This document shows positions 31,831 through 41,994 of a stretch of 64,000 bases of DNA, piece after piece. A model generated the notes under the pieces. It was not told the origin of the DNA and did not search any database. It saw only the letters and a list, made by a program, of their open reading frames with translations. The DNA is from an uncultured Gammaproteobacteria bacterium (lineage in GTDB: Bacteria > Patescibacteriota > Microgenomatia > Levybacterales > GWA1-39-11). The stretch lies in contig CAZIAP010000001.1 of assembly GCA_964537315.1 (NCBI GenBank), positions 221,938 to 285,937 of the forward strand, read 5' to 3'. Position 1 is the first letter of the stretch. Each line of letters starts with the position of its first letter. The position numbers and the translations under genes are program-made.

Positions 31831-32592
31831 TTATGTGTTACCTATACCTTTCCATAGTAAGTATAGTTTGGCGCGAACTAGAAAAGAATGAAGGCTCATG
31901 ATTACTGCGTGAATAAATCCAAGTGTTCCATCTTTATATCCTGAAAGAAACAGATAATTTTTAATAAACTTAAGTTTTGGATAACCTATTATAAATAAAA
32001 TATTTGACCGAACTTTTTTTTCAAATAACTCTTCAGCTCTTAGAGTTGAGTAGTAATTAACTTTAGATAAAAAATCAGAAATATTTTGGTGTGGATAGTG
32101 TAGTAGTTCATTTTGTAGAACCGATGTTTTACCTTTGGTATAAAATTCTTCATGAACTCTACCCTTCCACTCTCCTTTTCCTTTTTTTACAAGACGAAGA
32201 AGTTGGATTTTCCCGGTTTCTCCAAACAACATTTTTTTACCAAAGAGATGGTCTCTACGTTTTAAAAAATATCCTGATATATCATCATCCTGTGAGATAA
32301 CTTGTTGTATTTCTTTTTGTAACTCTAAAGTTACACGCTCATCAGCATCAATAAATAGTATCCATTCTCCTGAGGCCTCACTCAAACCAAAGTTTCTTTG
32401 TTTTGCGAAATCGTTTTCAAGCGGACGAACACGTACATGAACTTTTGGATTACTCATCTTTTTAATAATTGATACTGTCCTATCAGTGGACTCGTCATCA
32501 ATTACTAAAATTTGATCACAGAATAATAAACTCTCAATACAATCAGCGATCATTTTTTCTTCGTTTTTTGTAAGTATAACTGCAGTTAGCAT
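31831..32592 (-). CDS. GT2 glycosyltransferase, polyprenyl-phosphate sugar synthase-like (ArnC/Ppm1/DPM1-like)
   Basis: MLTAVILTKNEEKMIADCIESL...ILVIDDESTDRT...ILFIDADERV carries the GT-A DXD motifs. 253 aa with a C-terminal amphipathic or TM tail, typical of ArnC-like enzymes. Confidence 0.7.
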   Translation of the reverse strand: MLTAVILTKNEEKMIADCIESLLFCDQILVIDDESTDRTVSIIKKMSNPKVHVRVRPLENDFAKQRNFGLSEASGEWILFIDADERVTLELQKEIQQVISQDDDISGYFLKRRDHLFGKKMLFGETGKIQLLRLVKKGKGEWKGRVHEEFYTKGKTSVLQNELLHYPHQNISDFLSKVNYYSTLRAEELFEKKVRSNILFIIGYPKLKFIKNYLFLSGYKDGTLGFIHAVIMSLHSFLVRAKLYLLWKGIGNT

Positions 32593-32613
32593 ATGAATAA
32601 TTTTACCAAAAGA

Positions 32614-33849
32614 TTAAGATGATTTTTTAATCGACCTTAGCGTAGAGAATGAATAATAAAAAATAAACGGTACCGATACAATATAACCTATAAAGGCTGC
32701 GTATGCAGCCCCTACTACTCCATATAAATTGATCATTGGAACAATTGTAGCTAACATACCAACAAGTCCAATAAGAGTTGTCAGAGTAAGGTATTTTTGT
32801 TTTTGCATTGCAAGCAAAAATGATGATACTGAGAGTGATACTGCTCTGATTACACCAAGAACAGCAAGTACGCGAAGTACTTCAACAGCACCTAACCACT
32901 GCTCACCCAAAATTATTCTAATTATTAGCTCTGGGAATATGAATAAGATAATCCCAAATGGTAGTACAAGCATAGTAATTACAACAATTGTTCTGAAATA
33001 CGCGCGCTTAAGCCTAAAATAATCATTCGATATTTTGACATAAACAGGAAATGTTACTTTATTAATGATTTCAGCAACCTCAGTAATTGGAAGCATTGAA
33101 AAACGATATGCCATATCGTATATACCGAGTGACTGTGTTCCTAATATCCTACCTACTATAATATTGTCTCCTCTCTCAAAGCCATAATTAAAAACTGTAG
33201 CTCCGGTAATCCACTTTCCATGGTTGAAAAGTGTCTTAATATAACCCGTATTTAGTCTTAATCTTGGACGAGAAGGAAAAACTATGTATGACAGAATCAC
33301 TTCTGTTATGACTCCAGCGACTAATCCCCAAATAAGACTTATCGGAGCAGGATTCAAGGCTAGTAAGATAAATGTGACAGCGACTTCTATAAGTAGAATT
33401 ATCGTCCTAAAGAAAAATTCTTTTTTAAATTTTAGTTCTTTCTGAAAAATCACTACAGAAGGGTTTATAAATCCACGAATAAATGGAACTAAACTCATGG
33501 CATACAGGAGACTTGTTGCATCAGGCGCATTAAAGAACTGCGCAACAAATGGTGCAGAAACCACCATTACTACCGCAATTATTGTCCCGCGGACAATAGA
33601 TACAATCCAGGCAGAATCAAGATAATTTTCAATGTTATCCTTTTGTTGAACTAAAAAAACATTTACACCTGTTTCAGTAATAACCTCAACAAAGGAAAGA
33701 AGAATTGTGGTAATTCCAAATAATCCGAACTGTGCAGGACTCAAGAACCGAGCAACAACAGCCGTCTTTCCCAGAGAAACAACACGAGTTACAACACGGA
33801 ATGCAGAAAGCCAGCTAAACCCAATAATCGCAGTTTTTGTATATCCCAT
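32614..33849 (-). CDS. Oligosaccharide/polysaccharide flippase (Wzx, MOP superfamily)
   Basis: 411 aa with about 12 TM helices. Polysacc_synt-type N-terminus MGYTKTAIIGFSWLSAFRVVTRVVSLGKTAVVARFLSPAQFGLFG. Confidence 0.75.
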   Translation of the reverse strand: MGYTKTAIIGFSWLSAFRVVTRVVSLGKTAVVARFLSPAQFGLFGITTILLSFVEVITETGVNVFLVQQKDNIENYLDSAWIVSIVRGTIIAVVMVVSAPFVAQFFNAPDATSLLYAMSLVPFIRGFINPSVVIFQKELKFKKEFFFRTIILLIEVAVTFILLALNPAPISLIWGLVAGVITEVILSYIVFPSRPRLRLNTGYIKTLFNHGKWITGATVFNYGFERGDNIIVGRILGTQSLGIYDMAYRFSMLPITEVAEIINKVTFPVYVKISNDYFRLKRAYFRTIVVITMLVLPFGIILFIFPELIIRIILGEQWLGAVEVLRVLAVLGVIRAVSLSVSSFLLAMQKQKYLTLTTLIGLVGMLATIVPMINLYGVVGAAYAAFIGYIVSVPFIFYYSFSTLRSIKKSS

Positions 33850-33851
33850 TA

Positions 33852-34679
33852 TTAATTCCAGCCTTTCAGAATCATCCTTGTATTTTTGGGTGATTTATAT
33901 ATAAATATTAGCGTCTGTACAACCATAAATAGTCCATGTAATGGAAAGCTTTTTATATGCTTCTTCCCAAAATATCTCCCACTTTTTACCAGGTTATATA
34001 ACTTAACTCCCGATTTAATTCCAACTGTTTTACTCAGTTGATGATTTATTTGTACTTCCGGAACAACTACTACTTTAAAACCAGCAGCTTTTGCTCTCAG
34101 ACAAAAATCCGTATCTTCGTAATATAAAAAGAATTTTTCGTCAAAATAACCTATTTTTTCAAATACTTCTCGCTTTATTATCATACAACATCCTGAAACA
34201 TAATCTACCTCTTTAACTAATTTATTTGCTGCAGTTTTTCGATTATCATGTATTGTCCTACCTATCAAATTAGAGATACTACCGCCATAATCAAACTGTT
34301 TTTTTCCATTTTCTTGAAATTGAATAAGGGGTGCAGCAATTCCTATTTTTTTATCATTTTGCATAACATCCAATACAGGAGAGAGAAAATCACTAGATAT
34401 AGAGGTGTCATTATTGATGATTGCAATATGGCTGGAATTTTTTGAGAGTGCATGTTTTATTCCAAGGTTCACCCCACCTGCAAATCCGAGATTTTTACCA
34501 GAGTTAATTAACACTCTATTCTTGTCTGATAGTTCAGTACTTTGTATATCAATCTGGGGATCATTATTTACAACTATGAGGTTGCTGTATTTTTTTTTAA
34601 ATTTTTCTAGGGATTCAATACTGCTCTTTGTGGTTGATATATCGCCGAAATGCAAAATAATTACAGATACTTTTGTCAT
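33852..34679 (-). CDS. GT2 family glycosyltransferase
   Basis: VSVIILHFGDISTTKSSIESL...VVNNDP...GFAGGVNLG...DTDFCLR matches GT-A fold motifs. Confidence 0.75.
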   Translation of the reverse strand: MTKVSVIILHFGDISTTKSSIESLEKFKKKYSNLIVVNNDPQIDIQSTELSDKNRVLINSGKNLGFAGGVNLGIKHALSKNSSHIAIINNDTSISSDFLSPVLDVMQNDKKIGIAAPLIQFQENGKKQFDYGGSISNLIGRTIHDNRKTAANKLVKEVDYVSGCCMIIKREVFEKIGYFDEKFFLYYEDTDFCLRAKAAGFKVVVVPEVQINHQLSKTVGIKSGVKLYNLVKSGRYFGKKHIKSFPLHGLFMVVQTLIFIYKSPKNTRMILKGWN

Positions 34680-35779
34680 TATTTAAATTGTTGAATTACA
34701 CCATATACACTATTTGCGCAACGTTCCCAGGTATAATCTGACACTTTTGATTTTCCTTTTTTTGTGAGCTTTATTCTTAGATCATTATTTTTGTGTAAAT
34801 CATTCATAGCTTGAGCTAACGCTTCAACATCGGTCGGTTCGACAATAATCCCTGCCTTTCCTACAACTTCTGGTAATGACCCACCATTGGAAGCTATTAC
34901 TGGGCATTCTAATGCCATAGCTTCAACAAAGGTTAGTCCGAATCCTTCGTATAAACTTGGGGAAACAAATGCAATAGCATTTCTATACAAATCAACTAGT
35001 TCATCATCCCCTGCATAACCAATAAAGGTTATTTTTTCAATGGATTCCTCGGATAGCGTACTAAGTACGGAGTCAATTTCAGGGTCAATCCATTTATCAC
35101 CGCCTATGAGCAGCAACTCGGTATCATGTTTAGTCTTTGACAAGAATAAGTCGAATGCCTTTATGAGAGCAGGAATGTTCTTGATTCGTTTTAAAGATCC
35201 TACATATAAAAAGTAAGGATTTCTTTTAATTTTTTTAACTTCTTTGCCTTGAGGAAATCTTCTTACTCCTAACGGAATAGCAATTACCTTATTTGAAGCA
35301 ATCTTGAAATATTTAATTACATCTTCTCTAGTCTTTTCAGAAATCGAGATTATGATATTTGATTTTTTTACTAACTCAGCAGTATTACTATGCAATTTCT
35401 GATAGTCTCCTGGATACGCAAAAGGATATTTCTCAAAAGCAAGATCATAGACAAACCCAATCGTTCTAATATTTGGAGACATTCGGGGAGGAGCTGACTG
35501 TCCTAATGCAAGAAATAAATTAACTCTGTCTCTGACCATTCTAATAGGCAACCATATCTTTAGCCACCCTTTCATAGGTCTCACAATGACATTACGCATA
35601 TTAGGACCAAGCCTCTTCATCAATGACTCATCTATTGGATAAAAACTGTAAAGATAGTACTTATTTTCGGTATCAATTTTACTAAGCTCCAATAGCAAGT
35701 TTTTAGCAAAATTATATACACCAACTTTAAGTCGTTTGTCCTTTACCCCTAAACACCCAGCATCTACAGCAATGTTCAT
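34679..35779 (-). CDS. GT4 (GT-B fold) glycosyltransferase
   Basis: FVSPSLYEGFGLTFVEAMALECPVIASNGGSLPEVVG gives the E-x7-E motif and GT-B C-terminal domain. Confidence 0.8.
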   Translation of the reverse strand: MNIAVDAGCLGVKDKRLKVGVYNFAKNLLLELSKIDTENKYYLYSFYPIDESLMKRLGPNMRNVIVRPMKGWLKIWLPIRMVRDRVNLFLALGQSAPPRMSPNIRTIGFVYDLAFEKYPFAYPGDYQKLHSNTAELVKKSNIIISISEKTREDVIKYFKIASNKVIAIPLGVRRFPQGKEVKKIKRNPYFLYVGSLKRIKNIPALIKAFDLFLSKTKHDTELLLIGGDKWIDPEIDSVLSTLSEESIEKITFIGYAGDDELVDLYRNAIAFVSPSLYEGFGLTFVEAMALECPVIASNGGSLPEVVGKAGIIVEPTDVEALAQAMNDLHKNNDLRIKLTKKGKSKVSDYTWERCANSVYGVIQQFK

Positions 35780-36939
35780 ATATTTATACCACTATACTTA
35801 ATTTTTGTTACATTTTCTAACACGTTTAAAAATGATCGTGCAGCATATTGTGATGAAAATCTTTGACTTACCGATTGCCTAGCACTAATGCCAATCTTTT
35901 TATATTTATCGTTTTTAGTAAGATTATTAATAATATCTATACTATTTTTAATACTAAATTTATCATACATTACACCAACATCAGATGTAACCAACTCTCT
36001 ATTCCCTCCGATATTTTTTGTAATAATAGGAATTTGCATAAAAGCAGATTCTATCATGGCGAGAGATACACCTTCATGGTGCTCTGTCGGCAAAAAAAGT
36101 ATGTCAACTGCTTGTAAGTAATCATTTACATTATTTACTTGACCAGTAAAGTAAAAATTACTCTTTAAATCTTTAACAATATTTTTTACATTTTTAAGTC
36201 TTGGTCCATCACCTATAACTATAAAGAAGTAAGAATGATCTTTCTTTAACAAAGTTTTAGCTACACTCACAAATCGATCAATCCCTTTTTCTGTGTTTAC
36301 ATTTCCAACATATCCAATACAAAGTTGAGACTTTGCTATCTTAAGAAGATTGCGCATTTTTTGACGTTTTATTCCAACCCTTTTAAATTTGTCGGAATCA
36401 ATGCCAATGTAACACGCTACTATTTTAGTAATATCAACCCCACCTACTTTTAAATCATTTTTAGTATTTTTTGAAACCGCAATTATTTTATCTGCTTTAC
36501 TACTCATAAATTTATACCAAAGCTTAATGATTATTGATCTTTCGCTTGAAAATATTGATTCATGCTCTTCCCATACAACAATAAATCCCTTATTTTTCAA
36601 AATTGGTGTTAGAATTAATTTTTCTGTCATTGAATGCAATATAATAATATCTGGTCTAAACTTATTCGCAAATTTCAAAATATAAGAGTAAGCTTTTTTA
36701 AAACTTCTAAAGTTTTTTACTAGTTTCAAAAGTTCCTTTTTCGTACCAATTTCAAAAAGAGGATTTCTAAGCATTTTGCTATCAAGATTACATGCTTTTA
36801 GTTCTTTAAGAAACTCCTTATTATTTGAAAAAGTAACTGATTTAAGTATTGAGTGTTCCTTAAAGTAACTGAATAAGTAAATGATGTACTTTTCAGTGCC
36901 ACTGTATCCATTTGTAATTCTTATATTCAATACTTTCAT
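35776..36939 (-). CDS. GT4 (GT-B fold) glycosyltransferase
   Basis: LFLPTEHHEGVSLAMIESAFMQIPIITKNIGGNRELV gives the E-x7-E motif. Overlaps its neighbours by 4 nt. Confidence 0.75.
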   Translation of the reverse strand: MKVLNIRITNGYSGTEKYIIYLFSYFKEHSILKSVTFSNNKEFLKELKACNLDSKMLRNPLFEIGTKKELLKLVKNFRSFKKAYSYILKFANKFRPDIIILHSMTEKLILTPILKNKGFIVVWEEHESIFSSERSIIIKLWYKFMSSKADKIIAVSKNTKNDLKVGGVDITKIVACYIGIDSDKFKRVGIKRQKMRNLLKIAKSQLCIGYVGNVNTEKGIDRFVSVAKTLLKKDHSYFFIVIGDGPRLKNVKNIVKDLKSNFYFTGQVNNVNDYLQAVDILFLPTEHHEGVSLAMIESAFMQIPIITKNIGGNRELVTSDVGVMYDKFSIKNSIDIINNLTKNDKYKKIGISARQSVSQRFSSQYAARSFLNVLENVTKIKYSGINI

Positions 36940-37679
36940 TGTTTTTGAACTACAATACAGTATCCGAGTGGAGCTTGAGAATTTTTATTAAAAATATACA
37001 ACTTACTTAACAAGAAAAATGAAAACATAATCACTGTTTGCACTAACCTTTTAGGGTACTTCAGTAAGTATCTATTAAGAGTTGGTTCTAAAAAAACTGA
37101 AATTAATTGTCCTATTGTAATTGCCCAGTTTCCCCTTTCTTTTATGTATACAACTTTAAAATTACTTTTCTTAGCTAGTTCTTTTAACCCGTATTTTGTA
37201 TATCTAAAATAATCTTCAGGTTCTTCATGCAAAGACCAAAATAATGGTAATGTGAGTATTGCATAACCACTTTTTTTTAAAACTCTGTGTATTTCATTCA
37301 TCATTTGCTGTGGATTGCTTACATGTTCTAATACTTGTGTAGAAATGACAGTATTAAACGAATTATCCTCTATTGGCATTTTCAGTGCAGAACCTTTTAT
37401 ATCCCCACCGTTTTTATCTAATCCTACATATTCTTCAACTATGTCTTCAAAAAGAATTTTATATGGTTTTGTTCCACATCCAACATCTAACAATTTTCCA
37501 TTTGCATATTTTCTTGCTTCAATCAACGAGTCAAGAATTGAGTCTTTTTCTAGCTTATATGGAGAGAACCACGATACTCTTAAATTATTAAATTTTTCCA
37601 CTTTATTTTTCATTATTTTCAACTTACTGTACCTGTATGTATTATACAGTAAATTTAGGTAAGTCGGCTCCATATACAT
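36936..37679 (-). CDS. Class I SAM-dependent methyltransferase (Methyltransf_11/23-like)
   Basis: LLDVGCGTKPY motif I; ...TVISTQVLEHV post-I/II motifs. Confidence 0.75.
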   Translation of the reverse strand: MYMEPTYLNLLYNTYRYSKLKIMKNKVEKFNNLRVSWFSPYKLEKDSILDSLIEARKYANGKLLDVGCGTKPYKILFEDIVEEYVGLDKNGGDIKGSALKMPIEDNSFNTVISTQVLEHVSNPQQMMNEIHRVLKKSGYAILTLPLFWSLHEEPEDYFRYTKYGLKELAKKSNFKVVYIKERGNWAITIGQLISVFLEPTLNRYLLKYPKRLVQTVIMFSFFLLSKLYIFNKNSQAPLGYCIVVQKQ

Positions 37680-37778
37680 GTTGTTTATTAGTTCTTAAAT
37701 TTATAAATACAGGATGAAAATTATAAATAAATTCCTATATTGACAATTGAATAAAAAAACACTAATACTAAAAATATC

Positions 37779-39902
37779 TTGAAATATTTTTTACATAGAT
37801 ATATAAAAATATTCTATGTTTTACCAATAGTATTTGTTCTACTATTGAATACTTCTCAACAAGTAAAAGCCTCAAGCTGGCAAAAATCTGCAGACACCCC
37901 TATATTTATTGGTTCAGGTAATGATTGGGATAGCAAAGGAGTTCTTTCCCCGTTCGTATTGTTCGATGACAATGTATATAAAATGTGGTATGGAGGATTT
38001 AATGGAGCGAGATGGCAGATTGGTTATGCAGTTTCTAGTGACGGTATTTCATGGACATCACCTTTTGACCAGCCAATTATATCTCCTAATTTTTCTTTGA
38101 ACGAGACTGATATTAATGACCCCTATGTAATAAAAGATGGAAGCCAATACAAAATGTGGTACACATCGATTGTTCCATATTCCGGATCAGGGAACGAAGT
38201 TTTTAGAATTAACTATGCACATTCTACTGACGGCATCAACTGGGTAAAAAGTGCGGAGCCAGTTATGCGTGCTATTCCAGCGTCTTGGGAATCTGAAGGG
38301 ACAAGCAAGCCTTCTGTTTTTAAAGAAGGTAATACATATTTAATGTGGTACAGTGCGAGGGATAGAAATGGATTATGGAGAATTGGAAAGGCAACTTCAA
38401 CTAATGGTACTGATTGGAATAGAAATCAGAATAATCCCATTTTATCTTCTACTGAATCCTGGGAAATGTCACATATTGTATCACCAAATGTAATAAAAGA
38501 TGGGAGCCAATACAAAATGTGGTACCACACAGGACCTATTGTTCCACATAATATTGTATATGCTGAATCAGTGGATGGAGTCAATTGGGTAAAACCCGAA
38601 AATAAGAATCCTGTACTGTTACGTTCATCTTCAGGTTTTGACTCTGTCATGATAGCAAATCCTGCAATGCTAAAACTAAACAATAAATATGCTATGTACT
38701 ATTCTGGTTTTGACGGAAATAGATGGTCTACTGGGTACGCTACGATGGCTATTGAATCCACCTCAGTTCCGCTTCTTAAGCAAACTGCAAACCCTTGGCA
38801 GGATGATGTATATGATCGGGCAAATTTATGGGCGTCGAACAACCCAACAATACATCGATGGGGTTGTGCCGTAACATCCGCAGCAATGATTTTTCAGTAT
38901 CATGGATATAAAAAACTACCTGACGGTACAAATTTAGACCCTGGTACATTAAATTCTTGGCTTAACAGTCAAAGAGACGGCTACGTTGGCAACGGATTAG
39001 TCAACTGGATTGCTCTTTCACGACTATCTAAGCTAGCTAAAGAAGTAAATAACATTACTACTCACGATGCACTAGAATTCAGCAGAACAGGCAAAAACAA
39101 TGCACTTCTTGAAAGCGACCTAGAAAATGGAAACCCTGCCATCCTTTTACAACCTGGACATTTCATTGTGGGTACACAAAAACTTTCCGATACCTTCGCA
39201 ATTAACGACCCATACCATAATCGAAGTTCCCTAAAAGATGGTTATGGTAACACATACCAAGGACTATACAGGTTCATTCCTTCAAATACTGACTTGTCAT
39301 ATTTGATGATTGTACTGCCAAAGGGAATAAATGCAGATGTAGTAAATGAGAGCGGAAATATAGTTAGCCAAACCTATATTGAACCAGCGATAATTGCCCA
39401 AGACAACCCATCAATCAGCTCAGGAGATGACACAACTGTCTTGCTCGTTCCCAAACCGGAAAGCGGTATTTATACATTAAAAATAAACTCTCTTACCCCT
39501 AAATCATACACTACTACGCTGTATGTTTATGATAATGATGGGAATCCATTAGAGCTACCCATTGCGGGAATTGCAAACAAACAAAATGGATATTACTTAA
39601 TAACAGTGGATAAAGAAAATTCTGAGAACTCTTCAATAAAAAAGCAAGTCACTTACTCTTCAATACTTAACGAGCTTAGCACTGCGTACAAAAATAAGTT
39701 AATAAAGAAAAGTGCGTACAATGCACTAAGTTCAATTATTAAAAGCTCACAAAAACACTACATAAAAAAGAAAATTTTTCAAGCTAAATTGAAAATTGAT
39801 ACATCTCTTCTGTTAATTTCTCTTGGCTTCTCATCGTCTATAGAAAAGAGTTATAAACACATACTCATAAGTGACCTCAGAGTCCTAAAATCCACGCTAT
39901 AA
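37779..39902 (+). CDS. Secreted multidomain protein: Asp-box (BNR) beta-propeller (sialidase/GH-like), C39-like papain-fold cysteine peptidase domain, C-terminal beta-sandwich and helical tail
   Basis: Signal peptide MKYFLHRYIKIFYVLPIVFVLLLNTSQQVKA. Five repeats of the form ..YKMWY....G.A.S.DG..W.. with Asp-boxes SSDGISW, STDGINW, STNGTDW and SVDGVNW. Then WGCAVTSAAMIFQYHG...PGHFIVGT...FAINDPY matches Peptidase_C39_2 (Cys...His...Asp). Confidence 0.6.
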   Translation: MKYFLHRYIKIFYVLPIVFVLLLNTSQQVKASSWQKSADTPIFIGSGNDWDSKGVLSPFVLFDDNVYKMWYGGFNGARWQIGYAVSSDGISWTSPFDQPIISPNFSLNETDINDPYVIKDGSQYKMWYTSIVPYSGSGNEVFRINYAHSTDGINWVKSAEPVMRAIPASWESEGTSKPSVFKEGNTYLMWYSARDRNGLWRIGKATSTNGTDWNRNQNNPILSSTESWEMSHIVSPNVIKDGSQYKMWYHTGPIVPHNIVYAESVDGVNWVKPENKNPVLLRSSSGFDSVMIANPAMLKLNNKYAMYYSGFDGNRWSTGYATMAIESTSVPLLKQTANPWQDDVYDRANLWASNNPTIHRWGCAVTSAAMIFQYHGYKKLPDGTNLDPGTLNSWLNSQRDGYVGNGLVNWIALSRLSKLAKEVNNITTHDALEFSRTGKNNALLESDLENGNPAILLQPGHFIVGTQKLSDTFAINDPYHNRSSLKDGYGNTYQGLYRFIPSNTDLSYLMIVLPKGINADVVNESGNIVSQTYIEPAIIAQDNPSISSGDDTTVLLVPKPESGIYTLKINSLTPKSYTTTLYVYDNDGNPLELPIAGIANKQNGYYLITVDKENSENSSIKKQVTYSSILNELSTAYKNKLIKKSAYNALSSIIKSSQKHYIKKKIFQAKLKIDTSLLLISLGFSSSIEKSYKHILISDLRVLKSTL

Positions 39903-39941
39903 TACTACAAGATACTTTTATGAATTGGTGACTGTGCTTTT

Positions 39942-39966
39942 AGATTGATATATCAATCTTTTTTTA
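39942..39966 (+). terminator. Rho-independent terminator candidate: perfect 18-bp palindrome AGATTGATATATCAATCT followed by TTTTTTT
   Basis: Located 40 nt downstream of the stop of the 37779..39902 gene. The stem is AT-rich but perfectly self-complementary, and the T-run is at 39960-39966. Confidence 0.45.
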
Positions 39967-40151
39967 AACCGGGGTGTGCTTATCACTTTATGCCGCAGAA
40001 TGCTAAACCTGGGCAGAGCAGGCAGAAAAATTTTTTTATGCTCTTAAAAATAAATTCCGGATGCAAAAATAATTGCTTCCTAATTTAATTTAACACTTAT
40101 TGAAATTAAAATGCAAGTGGAAAAACAAACTAAATTAGTTTATTTTATTTT

Positions 40152-40769
40152 TTGATTTTAACAATTGACTTTGTAAGACAAATCACGGAAAATAATACAT
40201 GTATGCCCATACTTCGTAAAGCCTACTCCGTACTAATTGACCTATTTGAAACTTTGGTAATTGCTGGCGGAATTTTTGTTGTTATTTATGCTTTTCTTTT
40301 TAGACCCTATCAAGTAAATGGTGAATCTATGCTTCCTAACTTCCATAATGGTGAATACATATTGACTAATCTAATCGCACTACGTTTTAGCGATATTGAA
40401 AAAGGAGAGGTAATTGTTTTCAAAGCTCCAAATAATAATGATAAAGACTACATAAAACGAGTCATAGCGACTGAGGGTGACATAGTGAAAATAGAAAATG
40501 GAAGGGTTTATGTAAATAATATTTTAGTTAACGAAGGTAGCTACTTACCTGAACACTTTATAACTACTAATGGACCGTTTATAAAAGATGGAGAAGAAAT
40601 CACAGTGCCACAAGATCAATACTTCGTACTTGGTGATAATCGAGGAGCAAGCTCTGACTCTCGAGATTGGGGATTTGTGAGTAGAGATGAAATAATTGGC
40701 AAGTCGATGGTTGTATACTGGCCTCCACAGGAATTTAAAATCGTCAAGAAAGCTGAATATAGTAATTAA
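40152..40769 (+). CDS. lepB: Signal peptidase I (S26 family)
   Basis: Box B GESMLPNF, box D YIKRVIATEGD, box E VLGDNRGASSDSRDWGFV. An alternative in-frame ATG start lies at 40203 (MPILRK...). Confidence 0.85.
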   Translation: MILTIDFVRQITENNTCMPILRKAYSVLIDLFETLVIAGGIFVVIYAFLFRPYQVNGESMLPNFHNGEYILTNLIALRFSDIEKGEVIVFKAPNNNDKDYIKRVIATEGDIVKIENGRVYVNNILVNEGSYLPEHFITTNGPFIKDGEEITVPQDQYFVLGDNRGASSDSRDWGFVSRDEIIGKSMVVYWPPQEFKIVKKAEYSN

Positions 40770-40877
40770 TCTATAGCTACTCGTTCTAGGTGTCCAAAGG
40801 CACTATCTGAATTAAACCTCTAAGTTAATATAGAGAGAAAAGTAACTTTATTGGAGATAATTGAACGAAGAACTGAA

Positions 40878-41693
40878 TTAGTCCCTCATTAGCTTTTCGT
40901 AGATTTCTTTGAGCTTAGGTCCTGTTTCATTCTCTCTACCCTTTATAGTCAAAACAATTTTTGCTGCTATGCGTGACTGATCGAATCTCACATCAGCAAA
41001 TCCTTGACGCTCTTTTAATGCATTTGCCATTTCTTCTTGTTCTGGAATATAGATTTTGTCTCTCTTTTTCTGAGGTTCTTTTTGCTGTATCTCAGACTTT
41101 ACTTGTCTCGCTACTTCCTCTGCACCGCGAACACTAATTCCTTCAACGAGAATACGCTTAAATGCCGCTAACATTAGTTTGTGGTCTCCAATTGAGATAA
41201 GTGGACGTACATGCCCTTCTGTGATTACACCAGCAGCTAGAGCGTCTTTAATTGCGTCAGGAAGCGTAAGCAAACGTATGCTGTTGGAAATATAAGGTAA
41301 AGATTTACCTACTCGCTTTGCAACCTCGGTTACAGAAAGTCCAAATTCATCAATGAGTCTTTTGTATGCTTGAGCTTTTTCAACCGGATTAAGATCCTCA
41401 CGCTGAACATTTTCTACGATTGACATCTCAAGCATTTGCTGAGGTGTAGTTTCTTTTACAACAACCGGAACTCTCTGCAATCCTAAAATTTTAGAAGCTC
41501 TCCAACGTCGTTCACCAGCAATGATCTGATAACCTGCAGGTGTTTTTGCTACTACGATTGGTTCAAGTATTCCTTGTTCGCGAATAGAGTTAACTAAATC
41601 TGTAAGACTTTCCGGAGAAATTAAACCTCTTGGTTGAAGAGGGTTTGGTTGTAGCAATGAAGTTTCTAGTTCGACAATTCGAAGTTCATCCAT
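40878..41693 (-). CDS. parB: ParB/Spo0J family protein (ParB N-terminal nuclease-like plus HTH)
   Basis: [10 protein letters not shown]; [12 protein letters not shown]; [22 protein letters not shown]. Its start overlaps the end of rpmA by 8 nt. Confidence 0.8.
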   Translation of the reverse strand: MDELRIVELETSLLQPNPLQPRGLISPESLTDLVNSIREQGILEPIVVAKTPAGYQIIAGERRWRASKILGLQRVPVVVKETTPQQMLEMSIVENVQREDLNPVEKAQAYKRLIDEFGLSVTEVAKRVGKSLPYISNSIRLLTLPDAIKDALAAGVITEGHVRPLISIGDHKLMLAAFKRILVEGISVRGAEEVARQVKSEIQQKEPQKKRDKIYIPEQEEMANALKERQGFADVRFDQSRIAAKIVLTIKGRENETGPKLKEIYEKLMRD

Positions 41694-41937
41694 TTATTAC
41701 CTCCACGTACTGTTTACCGCGAAGTGTCTTAAAAGCAACTTTACCAGGTTGTAAAGCAAAAATCGTATAATCTTTTCCTAAAGCAGTTCCTTTGCCAGCA
41801 TGAAACTTTGTTCCTTTTTGACGGACAATAATATTACCGGTTTTTACTATTTGCCCACCATACATCTTCACGCCTAAACGTTTAGCTATGGAATCGCGAT
41901 TTCCTTTTACTGCTCCTGTAGACTTTGTATGTGCCAT
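41686..41937 (-). CDS. rpmA: 50S ribosomal protein L27
   Basis: [50 protein letters not shown]. Confidence 0.9.
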   Translation of the reverse strand: MAHTKSTGAVKGNRDSIAKRLGVKMYGGQIVKTGNIIVRQKGTKFHAGKGTALGKDYTIFALQPGKVAFKTLRGKQYVEVING

Positions 41938-41994
41938 ATATTTTTACTGTATCTAATCTTGTGTAGCAAATCAACTAGAACAAACTATAGTTTT

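Noticed and set aside
39967-40151. Possible small RNA or riboswitch in the 250-bp AT-rich spacer upstream of lepB (segment CCGGGGTGTGCTTATCACTTTATGCCGCAGAATGCTAAACCTGGGCAGAGCAGGCAG)
   Set aside because: No convincing conserved helices beyond the terminator palindrome at 39942-39959. No recognisable riboswitch consensus. Without covariance data this is unsupported.
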